IMG/VR virus record: IMGVR_UViG_3300021431_000119
Location: 5,093 to 69,092 of that record
DNA from: a virus
Lineage: Duplodnaviria > Caudoviricetes
Direction: 5' to 3' (one strand)
Length of the DNA stretch: 64,000 nucleotides
The translations under genes were made by a program, and so were the position numbers. The first letter of the stretch is position 1. Every line of letters starts with the position of its first letter. The notes under the pieces are model-generated. The model worked only from the letters and a program-made list of their open reading frames with translations, had not been told where the DNA came from and did not search any database. Below, piece by piece: positions 37,080-45,657 of the stretch.

Positions 37080-37556
37080 TGCGAAGGACTATAAATGCCT
37101 GTGAGCGCTGGCGGGGGTAGCCCTTCGCAACGGTGGAAACCGGAACGGACGGACGCGGACGAACGGGAAGGGCTCTGGAACCGGCATGCATGGCGTGTCT
37201 GCCGGGGAAGGAATTCCGGAACGGAAGAAACGCGTGTCGCGGCGGGAAAGGCGACCGGCTGACCGGCGAGCTCTGGCAGGGGCCTTGGCGGTACGGACGG
37301 CGGCGGAACCAGCGCGGCGTGACTGAAAGGAAGAGCCCGGGCATTACGCCACGGAGCCACGAGGCCGGACAGTCACCGGGACGGAGCATCCTGGCAGGAT
37401 GGGCGTGTCTCTTTTTGGGAGAGGCGCTCTGAGCCTGACGGGATGACCGGTGAAAACCGTACTCCCTCAGGCCTCTGTGGCGACACACGCACACTTGAGG
37501 GCATTCTGATAAGAAGACGCTGAACTGCGGTTAACGTGGTTCGGCGTCTTTTGTTT
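37080..37556 (+). ncRNA. About 480-nt GC-rich structured RNA or leader between terL and portal
   Basis: No credible ORF; multiple hairpins and a long-range GGGCTCT/AGAGCCC pairing. Confidence 0.5.
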
Positions 37557-37567
37557 TCCGGAGGGAG

Positions 37568-39283
37568 GTGAGGCTGGTGAACCTGGAGGTATACGACGTG
37601 ACGACGGTCGCGGATGGGGCGGCCGAGGTCTCCAAGCATATGCACGGGAGACGCCAGATCTTCACCAACGAGGAAACGATAGACCGCGAGAACGTAGTGG
37701 AAGTGCTTCAGAGGGCGCTGGGGGTTCATGAGAAGAACCGGGCGGAAATTGACTACCTGATGAAGTACATGCGGGGGATTCAGCCGATTCTGCACCGGGT
37801 GAAGAACTACAACGCGGAGATTAACAACAAGATCGTGGTGAACATCGCGAACCAGATCGTGACGTTCAAGGCCAGCGAGTTTGCCGGGGAGCCGATCCAG
37901 TACGTAAGCCGGGGCGGCCGGAACAAGGGCGTACCGGAGAAGGTGGCGCGGGTCAACGACATGATGCTGTCCGAGGGGAAGCAGACAAAGGACCTGGAGC
38001 TGGCGCAGGAGATGTTCACGGCGGGGGTGGGATACCGGCTGGTGTTCCACGACCGGGGACGGGCACTGAAGGAATACATGGACGAGGCGCCTTTCGAGAT
38101 TTACGTGCCGGACCCACGGAACAGCTTTGTGGTGCGGTCCGGCGACGTGAGCCACCGGGTGATGATGGGCGTGACGTACGTGTTCAAGGACCCGCCTGGC
38201 GGGAACGTGGAGTACACGGTGTACACGGACAACGCCACCTACGTCATCAGCGGACGGGGCGAAAAGCTGGAGGTTGTGAAGGAAACCAGGCACAACTTTG
38301 GCATGGTGAGCCTGATTGAGTACCCATGCAACCCGAACTACATGGGCGCTTTTGAGCCCGTACTGCCGCTGCTGGACGCCATCAACCTGACGCAGAGCAA
38401 CCGGCTGGACGGGATTGAGCAGTTTATCCAGGCGCTGATGGTGTTTGACGGGGTGGACATCTCCAGGGAGGACTTCCTTGAGCTGAAGGACCTGGGGGCG
38501 ATCAAACTTCCGGCGACGCAGAACACGGGCGGCGGGAAGAAGCTGTACTACCTGAACGAGCAGCTGGACCAGAGCCAGACGCAGACGCTGGTGAACGACA
38601 TGTACCAGACGATCCTTCAGATTGTTGGCATGCCGAGCCAGGGCGACGCCAGCAGCGGGGACAGCAGCAACAACGGCGCGGTGATCATGAAGAACGGGTG
38701 GTGGCACGCGGAGGCGCGGGCCATGGAGACCCAGAGCATGTGGAAGGCGGCCGAGACGGAGTTCCTGAAGGTCGTGCTGAAAATCTGCGCCGACACGAAC
38801 ACGCTGACGGGACTGAAGCTGAGCGATCTGGAGCCGAGGTTCTGGCGGCAGAGCTACGAGGACCTGCTGGTGAAGACCCAGAGCTTCAGCACACTGCGGA
38901 CGGCGGGCATGCCCGCCATCCAGGCGTTCACCTTCAGCCACCTGAGCCGTGATCCGGAGAGCGACGCCCTGACCTACGACAGCTATCAGGAAGCGCTGGC
39001 GGAGGAGCTGGACCGGCTGAACGGGGTCAGCGAGGAGATGCCGCTGAAGGAAGACCCGACGGTTAACCCCACGTCCAACGATGGCATTGCCGCCACGGCG
39101 GAAGTGGAAGAGAGCGGGAGCAAGCCCTCCGGAGACGGCGGGAAAGGCAGCTGGGCCATCTGCCCGGTGTGCGGGAAGCGGTTCCAGAAGAAGGAAGCGA
39201 ACCAGGTGTACAGCTCCATCGCCTGCGCGAACAAGGCCCGGAGGAGTACGCCCCGATACGGGGGGATGACGGTTGGCCGGTAA
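37568..39283 (+). CDS. Portal protein (SPP1 gp6-like) with C-terminal zinc-ribbon extension
   Basis: KIVVNIANQIVTFKA..FAGEPI, IEYPCN....GAFE.VL.L.DAIN; position in head module. Confidence 0.88.
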   Translation: MRLVNLEVYDVTTVADGAAEVSKHMHGRRQIFTNEETIDRENVVEVLQRALGVHEKNRAEIDYLMKYMRGIQPILHRVKNYNAEINNKIVVNIANQIVTFKASEFAGEPIQYVSRGGRNKGVPEKVARVNDMMLSEGKQTKDLELAQEMFTAGVGYRLVFHDRGRALKEYMDEAPFEIYVPDPRNSFVVRSGDVSHRVMMGVTYVFKDPPGGNVEYTVYTDNATYVISGRGEKLEVVKETRHNFGMVSLIEYPCNPNYMGAFEPVLPLLDAINLTQSNRLDGIEQFIQALMVFDGVDISREDFLELKDLGAIKLPATQNTGGGKKLYYLNEQLDQSQTQTLVNDMYQTILQIVGMPSQGDASSGDSSNNGAVIMKNGWWHAEARAMETQSMWKAAETEFLKVVLKICADTNTLTGLKLSDLEPRFWRQSYEDLLVKTQSFSTLRTAGMPAIQAFTFSHLSRDPESDALTYDSYQEALAEELDRLNGVSEEMPLKEDPTVNPTSNDGIAATAEVEESGSKPSGDGGKGSWAICPVCGKRFQKKEANQVYSSIACANKARRSTPRYGGMTVGR

Positions 39284-39947
39284 AGAGGCGGACATCTACG
39301 GACCGTGCGACCGGGCGATACAGGCCATGAACCGGGAGAACCTGGAAGCCTTCGGGCGGCTGAAGACGGCGCGGTTCGACCAGATCGACCTGATCCGGAC
39401 AGTGACGGAGCTGTACCGGAAAGCCAGGAAGCGGGCGAGGCAGCACTACTACGAGGAAGCCTTCGAGGTCTACCTGCTGATGATGGCCATGCTGGGACGG
39501 AAGCCAAAGGACGCGGCGAAGATGGCGGACAAAGCCATTGACGGCGCGTGGGTGGACGGGCTGCTGAAAGAGACCGACCCGGTGACCCTGTACCAGTTCG
39601 ACACGGAGATGGAGCGCAAGGCCCAGCGGCTGATTGAGGCGCTGGGTGTCGTGGCGGCCGGGAGCGTGATGGGCAGGTACGTGACGCCGGGAATGGTCAT
39701 CGACCGGGCGCTGAAGGACTGGAGCCGCCAGACGGGGCAGTACGCCATCGACGTGACGGACGCGGCCATGATTCAGGCACTCCAGGACGACGGGCAGGAA
39801 GGCGCTTTCTGGGTGAGCCAGAAGGACGGCCGGGTGTGCCACGAGTGCCGGGAACTGGACGGAAAGTGGTTCCCACTGGACGAGATTCCAATCAAGCCGC
39901 ACTGGGGATGCCGGTGCAGGTTGAGGCCGGGAAGCAGACCGGCGTAA
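39273..39947 (+). CDS. Minor capsid/head morphogenesis protein (Mu gpF-like)
   Basis: DGRVCHEC...PHWGCRC. Confidence 0.85.
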   Translation: MAGKEADIYGPCDRAIQAMNRENLEAFGRLKTARFDQIDLIRTVTELYRKARKRARQHYYEEAFEVYLLMMAMLGRKPKDAAKMADKAIDGAWVDGLLKETDPVTLYQFDTEMERKAQRLIEALGVVAAGSVMGRYVTPGMVIDRALKDWSRQTGQYAIDVTDAAMIQALQDDGQEGAFWVSQKDGRVCHECRELDGKWFPLDEIPIKPHWGCRCRLRPGSRPA

Positions 39948-40106
39948 GCGGTATCCACGGGCGAGACGCCCGTTGATATATACGGAGGGGCAGAGAAGCC
40001 GCTCCCAAAAACAAATTTCGCTGCGGGTGGGAGATCGACCCAAAGAAAATAAAGCGCAAACACAAGTGTCAGAGAAGACGATAAAACGCACAGGAGGAAC
40101 GGAAGC

Positions 40107-40793
40107 ATGTTCAGGAATCGGAATGGGTATTGGATGACACCCGCTTTCTTCAATCTCTTCCCGGAAGGCGGAGAGGGCGCTGGCACGGACGCCGGAGCCG
40201 GGGACGCCGGAGCCGGGGATGAGGGCGGCACTGGCACTGGCACTGGCGCTGATGGCGCTGATAGCGGCGCTGAGGAGAAGGACGAAAGCAGGGACGTAAA
40301 CGCGGAGATTGCCCGGCTGAAGGCGGATCTGGCGAAACAGAAAGCCGCCCTCGACAAGGCCACGAAGGAAGCTGGGGACGCTCGGAAGGAGCTGCGGAAG
40401 CGGCAGAGCGCTGAGGAGATCGCCGCAGAGGAGAAAAAGGCGCAGGAAGAAAAGGCGGCACAGGAGATTGAGGAACTTCGCCGGGAAGTTGCCCGGACGA
40501 AGGCAGTGAAGTCTGTGATGAGCAAGCTCGCCACGGATGAGGAAGTCTCCGGGAAGATCGCCGAGTACCTGTACGGCGCGGAGGACGTGGACGCCGCGCT
40601 GACGGAAATCCAGCGGGCGTGGAGCGCAAAGGAAAAGGCCCTGCGGCTGGAATTTGGAAAGATTCCAGGCCCCGGCGCGGGAAGCGGCGAGGATGACGAG
40701 GAACGCAAGGCGCTGGAACTGGCGAAGACGCTCGGAAAGGACCGGGCCGGAACGTCCAATTCGCTTTCTGGCCTGAAAAGCTATATGCGGTAA
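40107..40793 (+). CDS. Capsid scaffolding protein (DUF4355-like)
   Basis: LFPEGG start, acidic coiled coil, position before capsid genes. Confidence 0.8.
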   Translation: MFRNRNGYWMTPAFFNLFPEGGEGAGTDAGAGDAGAGDEGGTGTGTGADGADSGAEEKDESRDVNAEIARLKADLAKQKAALDKATKEAGDARKELRKRQSAEEIAAEEKKAQEEKAAQEIEELRREVARTKAVKSVMSKLATDEEVSGKIAEYLYGAEDVDAALTEIQRAWSAKEKALRLEFGKIPGPGAGSGEDDEERKALELAKTLGKDRAGTSNSLSGLKSYMR

Positions 40794-40826
40794 CGCAAAC
40801 CAGGAACGAAAGGAGCGAAAGCAAAC

Positions 40827-41177
40827 ATGAAGTACACCGAAACCAACATTGGCGGAAGCGTGGAAATTCTCGCTTCCAAGGACTTTCAGGCGATCCCGAT
40901 CAAGGTCGCCACGCCTTCCGGCGAGGGTGTGACCACCACCATCGTGAAGGCCGGTACGCCCCTGACGGCGGCTGGCGCTTCCACCACGGGCGCGAATGCT
41001 GTGGGCGTCCTGCTGTATGACGTGGACACCGCCGAGAATCCCAACGGCGCCGCCGTCGTGCAGGGCATCATCAACGCCACCAAGGCGCAGGCCCACAGTG
41101 GCGTGACCTACGCGGCCGCCCTGTACACCGCGCTGCCCGGCGTGGTTTTCCGCACCAACATCGGTGTGAACGCTTAA
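40827..41177 (+). CDS. Head decoration/cement protein
   Basis: IVKAGTPL...AVGVLLYDVD; directly upstream of MCP. Confidence 0.75.
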   Translation: MKYTETNIGGSVEILASKDFQAIPIKVATPSGEGVTTTIVKAGTPLTAAGASTTGANAVGVLLYDVDTAENPNGAAVVQGIINATKAQAHSGVTYAAALYTALPGVVFRTNIGVNA

Positions 41178-41194
41178 GGAAGGAGGACTGACAG

Positions 41195-42280
41195 ATGAAT
41201 CTGACTGAATTTCGGAAGCTCGTAAGCCCAAAGGCGGTTGCCGCCAACTGGAATGAGTATGTGGCGGGCCGTGAACCAACCATCGGACAGACCCTGTTCC
41301 CCGCGAAGAAGAAGGCCGGTCTCGACCTGAGCTGGTTCAAGGGCAACAAGGGCCTGCCTGTCACCCTGATGCCCAGCGCGTTCGACGCCAAGGCCACCTT
41401 CCGTGACCGGCCCGGCGTGGCGAAGCTGGAGAGCGAGATGCCCTTCTTCCGTGAGGGTTTCAAGATCAAGGAAATCGACCGGCAGAACCTCCTGCGGGCG
41501 CTGGACAGCAACGACCCCTATGCCAGGGAAATCATCGCGCGGGTGTTTGACGACGCCCAGAACCTGATCGACGGCGCGAACGTGGTCCCGGAGCGGATGA
41601 TCATGCAGCTGCTGTTCCCGGATTCCGGCAACATGGGCATCGGCATCAAGGCGAATGGTGTGGACTACACCTACGACTACGACCCGGCCGTGAACGGCGT
41701 GAGGTCCTGGAAGAGCTCCAACTACTTCGCGCTGACCAACAACGCCGCCTGGGACCAGGTCGCCACGGCCGACCCCTTCGCGGACATCCAGACCGCCAAG
41801 GACGCCGTCGCGGCCAAGGGTGGCATCTCCAAGTACGCGATGATGAACACCACCACCTTCCGGCTTCTGCGGAGCGTGAACGCGGTGAAGAACCGCTTCC
41901 TGACCACGAACGGCCTGAGCGTTGGCTACCTGAGCGACAAGGACATCGCGAACGTCATCAAGGACACCATGGAGCTGTCCGGGCTGATCATCTACGACGG
42001 CCAGTACAAGGATGAGAACGGTACCGCCCACAAGTACGTGCCGGATAACTACGTGAGCATCCTGCCGGACGGCGCCCTAGGCAACACCTGGTACGGCACG
42101 ACCCCCGAGGAAGCCGACCTGATGGGCGAAGCCACCGCCGAGGTGAGCATCGTGAACACCGGCGTCGCGATTACCCAGATCGTGGATCCCCATCCCGTGA
42201 ACGTGAACACCTTCGCCAGCGAGATTGTCCTGCCCAGCTTCGAGCGGATGGACGAAGTCGCGGTCATCAAGGTGAAGTAA
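41195..42280 (+). CDS. Major capsid protein (HK97 fold, phage capsid E family)
   Basis: 361 aa, PFFREG..IKE motif, synteny. Confidence 0.88.
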   Translation: MNLTEFRKLVSPKAVAANWNEYVAGREPTIGQTLFPAKKKAGLDLSWFKGNKGLPVTLMPSAFDAKATFRDRPGVAKLESEMPFFREGFKIKEIDRQNLLRALDSNDPYAREIIARVFDDAQNLIDGANVVPERMIMQLLFPDSGNMGIGIKANGVDYTYDYDPAVNGVRSWKSSNYFALTNNAAWDQVATADPFADIQTAKDAVAAKGGISKYAMMNTTTFRLLRSVNAVKNRFLTTNGLSVGYLSDKDIANVIKDTMELSGLIIYDGQYKDENGTAHKYVPDNYVSILPDGALGNTWYGTTPEEADLMGEATAEVSIVNTGVAITQIVDPHPVNVNTFASEIVLPSFERMDEVAVIKVK

Positions 42281-42344
42281 TCTGGCGAACCCGGAGGCGC
42301 GGACATCCCGCCCTCCGGGAGCTCCAGCGAAAGGAGGCACCGGA

Positions 42345-42530
42345 TTGAAGGTTCGCGCGAAATGGAACATTAAGGACGAAAACGGATGGCACTTTACGGG
42401 CGAGGAGTTCGAGGCCAAAGACCCGGCGGCGCTGGGCGAGGCGGTGGAACCCGTGAAGGGGACGGCCCCTGACGCAGACGAGGCGGCGGAGAAGCCCGCC
42501 CGTAGGAACACCCGGAAGAAGGACAACTGA
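42345..42530 (+). CDS. Small head-associated protein
   Basis: RBS AAGGAGG; between MCP and connector. Confidence 0.55.
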   Translation: MKVRAKWNIKDENGWHFTGEEFEAKDPAALGEAVEPVKGTAPDADEAAEKPARRNTRKKDN

Positions 42531-42552
42531 GTCCGGAAAGGAGAACGGCAGG

Positions 42553-42897
42553 ATGACGGTTGAGGACAAGCTCAGACGGCTGCGGGTCATGACGGAAGAC
42601 CCGCTGACGCCGGAAGAAGAGCGGGAGGACGACGAAGTTCTGCTGGTCTTTCTGGACATGGCGGCGGAAGCCGTGCTGAAGCGGATGTACCCGTACGTGG
42701 AGAACTACGAGGGAATGGAAGTGCCAGACAAGCACAGCCAGGCCCAGGTCAAGATCGCAGCATACCTCATGAACAAGCGGGGCGCGGACGGCGAAATCCA
42801 GCACATCGAGAACGGCACGCACCGGAACTACGGGGACGCGGACATTCCCGACAGCATGCTGAAGGACATTGTGCCGTACGTGGCGGTCATCCGGTAA
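42553..42897 (+). CDS. Head-tail connector/adaptor
   Basis: NKRGADGEI.HIENG motif; synteny. Confidence 0.8.
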   Translation: MTVEDKLRRLRVMTEDPLTPEEEREDDEVLLVFLDMAAEAVLKRMYPYVENYEGMEVPDKHSQAQVKIAAYLMNKRGADGEIQHIENGTHRNYGDADIPDSMLKDIVPYVAVIR

Positions 42898-42909
42898 GGC
42901 GGTGGAAGA

Positions 42910-43305
42910 ATGAAACTGCTGAGACGGAACACCACGATTTTCCAGTACCTGCCGCCGACGGGCGAGGAAAGCGACCTGAACGAACTGGGAGAGCACACCG
43001 GGGAGTATCACCCGGTGTACGGCGAACCGGTGCGGTACAGGGGCAACATCTCCACCCCAAGCGGCAAGGTGAACCAGACCTTCTACGGGCTGGACAAGCG
43101 GTACACCCACACGCTGGTGATGGACAACCCACGGGCGGACATCCGCGAGAACGGAAAAATCCTGTGGCGGGACAGCACCTACGAGGTGGTGGCGGTACGG
43201 GACAGCCTGAACATCCTGAGCGTGGCGCTGAGACGGGAAACCGACAACAACGGGGAACCGTACGAGGAGGCGGCGGACGATGAGCCTGATCCTGAAGACG
43301 ATTGA
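42910..43305 (+). CDS. Head closure protein
   Basis: Synteny; Y..PV.YRGNIS motif. Confidence 0.7.
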   Translation: MKLLRRNTTIFQYLPPTGEESDLNELGEHTGEYHPVYGEPVRYRGNISTPSGKVNQTFYGLDKRYTHTLVMDNPRADIRENGKILWRDSTYEVVAVRDSLNILSVALRRETDNNGEPYEEAADDEPDPEDD

Positions 43306-43813
43306 TATCCCGCTGAGCAAGAGCGGGATTAATCAGGCGATTAAGGAGATTTACCGCTTCCGGGACGCGCTGATCGAAACGCTGAACGCGTTGATTAAGG
43401 CGCTGGCCGAGTCCGGTGCTGAAATCGCGAGAGTACAGGTCGCGGCCATGGACGCTGTGGATACAGGACAACTGGAGCACAGCATTCAAGGAAGTTTTAA
43501 CCCGGAGACACGGACAGGCGTTATTGTGGCGGACTGTCCGTACGCCATATACGTGGAGTACGGCACTGGTCCTGTTGGCGAAGAGTCACCGCACCCGGAA
43601 CCGGATACGTCCGGGTGGGCGTACAACGTCGGCGAGACGATTCACCAAAACATTCAGCACCCTGAATGGGGCGTTGGATGGTGGTATCCGGGTGATGATG
43701 GAAAGTATCACTGGACGAACGGGCAACCCGCAAGGCCGTTTATGTACAACACGCTGGCATGGCTTGAGGAAGAGGCTGAAAGCATGGCTTCCACCATGTG
43801 GAACCAGATGTAA
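43280..43813 (+). CDS. HK97 gp10-like tail completion protein
   Basis: VDTGQLEHSI, YAIYVEYGTG, GQPARPFM. Confidence 0.82.
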   Translation: MSLILKTIDIPLSKSGINQAIKEIYRFRDALIETLNALIKALAESGAEIARVQVAAMDAVDTGQLEHSIQGSFNPETRTGVIVADCPYAIYVEYGTGPVGEESPHPEPDTSGWAYNVGETIHQNIQHPEWGVGWWYPGDDGKYHWTNGQPARPFMYNTLAWLEEEAESMASTMWNQM

Positions 43814-43827
43814 AGGGGTGATGGAGG

Positions 43828-44223
43828 GTGATCGATTTCGAAACAGCGATCTTTAACAAGGTCTATCCCTCCGTGGCTCCGCTGTGCGCCAAGAACGGCT
43901 TCCGTAGCACACCCCCCACTACTCTGAGCAGTTTCCCGACGGCGGTGCTGTACGAGATGAGCAACACCACGGACACCCGCAGACGGGGAAATGGGCTCGT
44001 TGAAGAATACGCCATCGTCGCGTACCAGGTGCATGTATTCGCGCAGAGCCGGGAGAAATGCCGGGAGGTTTTCTCCGCACTGGACGAGGCGATGACCGGC
44101 ATCGGATTCATGCGATTTTCCGGAACCTACACCCCGAACATGGGGAACACGAAGGTTGTGGAATATATCGCGCGATACAGGGCGGAGATCGACCGGAACG
44201 GCGTGATCTACCGCCACACATAA
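43828..44223 (+). CDS. Tail terminator protein
   Basis: Synteny; FPTAVLYE...YQVHVF. Confidence 0.7.
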   Translation: MIDFETAIFNKVYPSVAPLCAKNGFRSTPPTTLSSFPTAVLYEMSNTTDTRRRGNGLVEEYAIVAYQVHVFAQSREKCREVFSALDEAMTGIGFMRFSGTYTPNMGNTKVVEYIARYRAEIDRNGVIYRHT

Positions 44224-44248
44224 TCCAAAGAGAAAGGAATGAAGCAAC

Positions 44249-44701
44249 ATGGCAGACGAAGTTGTTCAGGGCATCAGCACTTATCAGACCTACCTGATGT
44301 ACCGTACCTCTTCCAGCGGCACCTACTCCAAGCTGATTGATATCACCAGTTTCCCGGATCTGATTCCTCCGGCGGAGCGGATTGATATCACCACGCTGAG
44401 CGACTACATGCGGAAGTACATCAAGGGCATCGGCGACACGGCCGAGCAGACCTACGGCGCCAACTACACCCCGGCGAACTTCGCGGCGGTCAAGGCGTGC
44501 GAGGGCCATCAGTATGACTACGCCCTGTGGTTCGGCGCGACCGGCGACCCGGGCGAGGAGACGCCGGACGGCCACTACGGCAAGTTCGAGTGGACCGGCG
44601 ATGTCTCTGTTGGCGTCAACGGCGGCGGCGTGAACGAGGCGGTGGGCATGACCATCACCGTGACGCCCAGCACCGTCATTAAGCCGGTGATGCCTACCTG
44701 A
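44249..44701 (+). CDS. Major tail tube protein
   Basis: DITSFPDL...IDITTL...IKGI; followed by terminator 44726-44762. Confidence 0.82.
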   Translation: MADEVVQGISTYQTYLMYRTSSSGTYSKLIDITSFPDLIPPAERIDITTLSDYMRKYIKGIGDTAEQTYGANYTPANFAAVKACEGHQYDYALWFGATGDPGEETPDGHYGKFEWTGDVSVGVNGGGVNEAVGMTITVTPSTVIKPVMPT

Positions 44702-44804
44702 TGCCAAGCGGTACATGATGAGAATTCCCCGCCCAGCTCAGTACGGGCAGGGCGGGGGTTTTCATATAAAAACGCCCATGGGGCGATAAAAGGAGGAGCC
44801 TAAG

Positions 44805-45149
44805 ATGGCAGACAAGGAAAAGGATTTCACGAAGCTGGTTGTGCGGGACGAGAAGGGGAACAAGTACACGCTGGAGTTTAACGCCAGGGTGGTCAAGAAC
44901 ATGGAGCGGAACAATTTCAAGGTGGACCCGGACTATCCGAACACCATGATTGACGAACTGTTCACCGGCGCGTTCCAGATGCACCACAAGGGCATGAGCC
45001 GGGACCGCATCCGGGAGATCTGGAATATCCAGAAGAATAAGGATGACCTCCTGGGCGTGCTGACCAAGCTGTACATGAAACCCCTTGAGGCGCTCATGGA
45101 AGAGCCGGAAGGCGCGGAAGACGCCGACCCTACGTGGGAGACCGTCTGA
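44805..45149 (+). CDS. Tail assembly chaperone
   Basis: Between tail tube and tape measure genes. Confidence 0.78.
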   Translation: MADKEKDFTKLVVRDEKGNKYTLEFNARVVKNMERNNFKVDPDYPNTMIDELFTGAFQMHHKGMSRDRIREIWNIQKNKDDLLGVLTKLYMKPLEALMEEPEGAEDADPTWETV

Positions 45150-45619
45150 CCGAGGAGGAACAGACGGAGCCTGAAACGATGGGCGAGGCGTTTGACCGAC
45201 TCTTTCCGGAATATCTGGTCATGGGCATGACCCCTGAACAGTACTGGGACGGGGAGAACGGGCTGAAGAAAGCCTACCGGACGGCGTACCGGACGCGGAT
45301 GCGGAACGAGGAACGCATCCGGGACCAGGCCGCGTGGCTTCATGGCGTGTACATCCGGGACGCGCTGATGAGCGTGGCGTTGCTGGTAAACGGATTCGTG
45401 CCGAAGGGGGCGAAACCGACGGAGTATCCGAACAAGCCCAGACTGGAAACCTATGAGGAAGAAGAGCGGGCGGCCAAGAAGGCTACCGCTCAGAAAAAAC
45501 GGGAAGAGAAGCAGATGCAGCTGGCAATGGCCATGTTCCAGAGTATGGCTGCCGACTTCAACAAGGGATTTGAGCGGCGGCAGAAGGAGAAGGAACGGGC
45601 AGGAGCCATCGCAACCTGA
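45134..45619 (+). CDS. Tail assembly chaperone C-terminal extension (probable frameshift product)
   Basis: Overlaps TAC 3' end in -1 frame; GMTPEQYW motif. Confidence 0.7.
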   Translation: MGDRLTEEEQTEPETMGEAFDRLFPEYLVMGMTPEQYWDGENGLKKAYRTAYRTRMRNEERIRDQAAWLHGVYIRDALMSVALLVNGFVPKGAKPTEYPNKPRLETYEEEERAAKKATAQKKREEKQMQLAMAMFQSMAADFNKGFERRQKEKERAGAIAT

Positions 45620-45657
45620 CTTTTTCAGGCGCGGTAACGGGAAGGAGGAGAACCGCA

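Noticed and set aside
37373-41279. Long minus-strand ORFs (640 aa and 738 aa)
   Set aside because: Antisense shadows of the portal, scaffold and capsid genes caused by GC-rich codon bias; no motifs or RBS.
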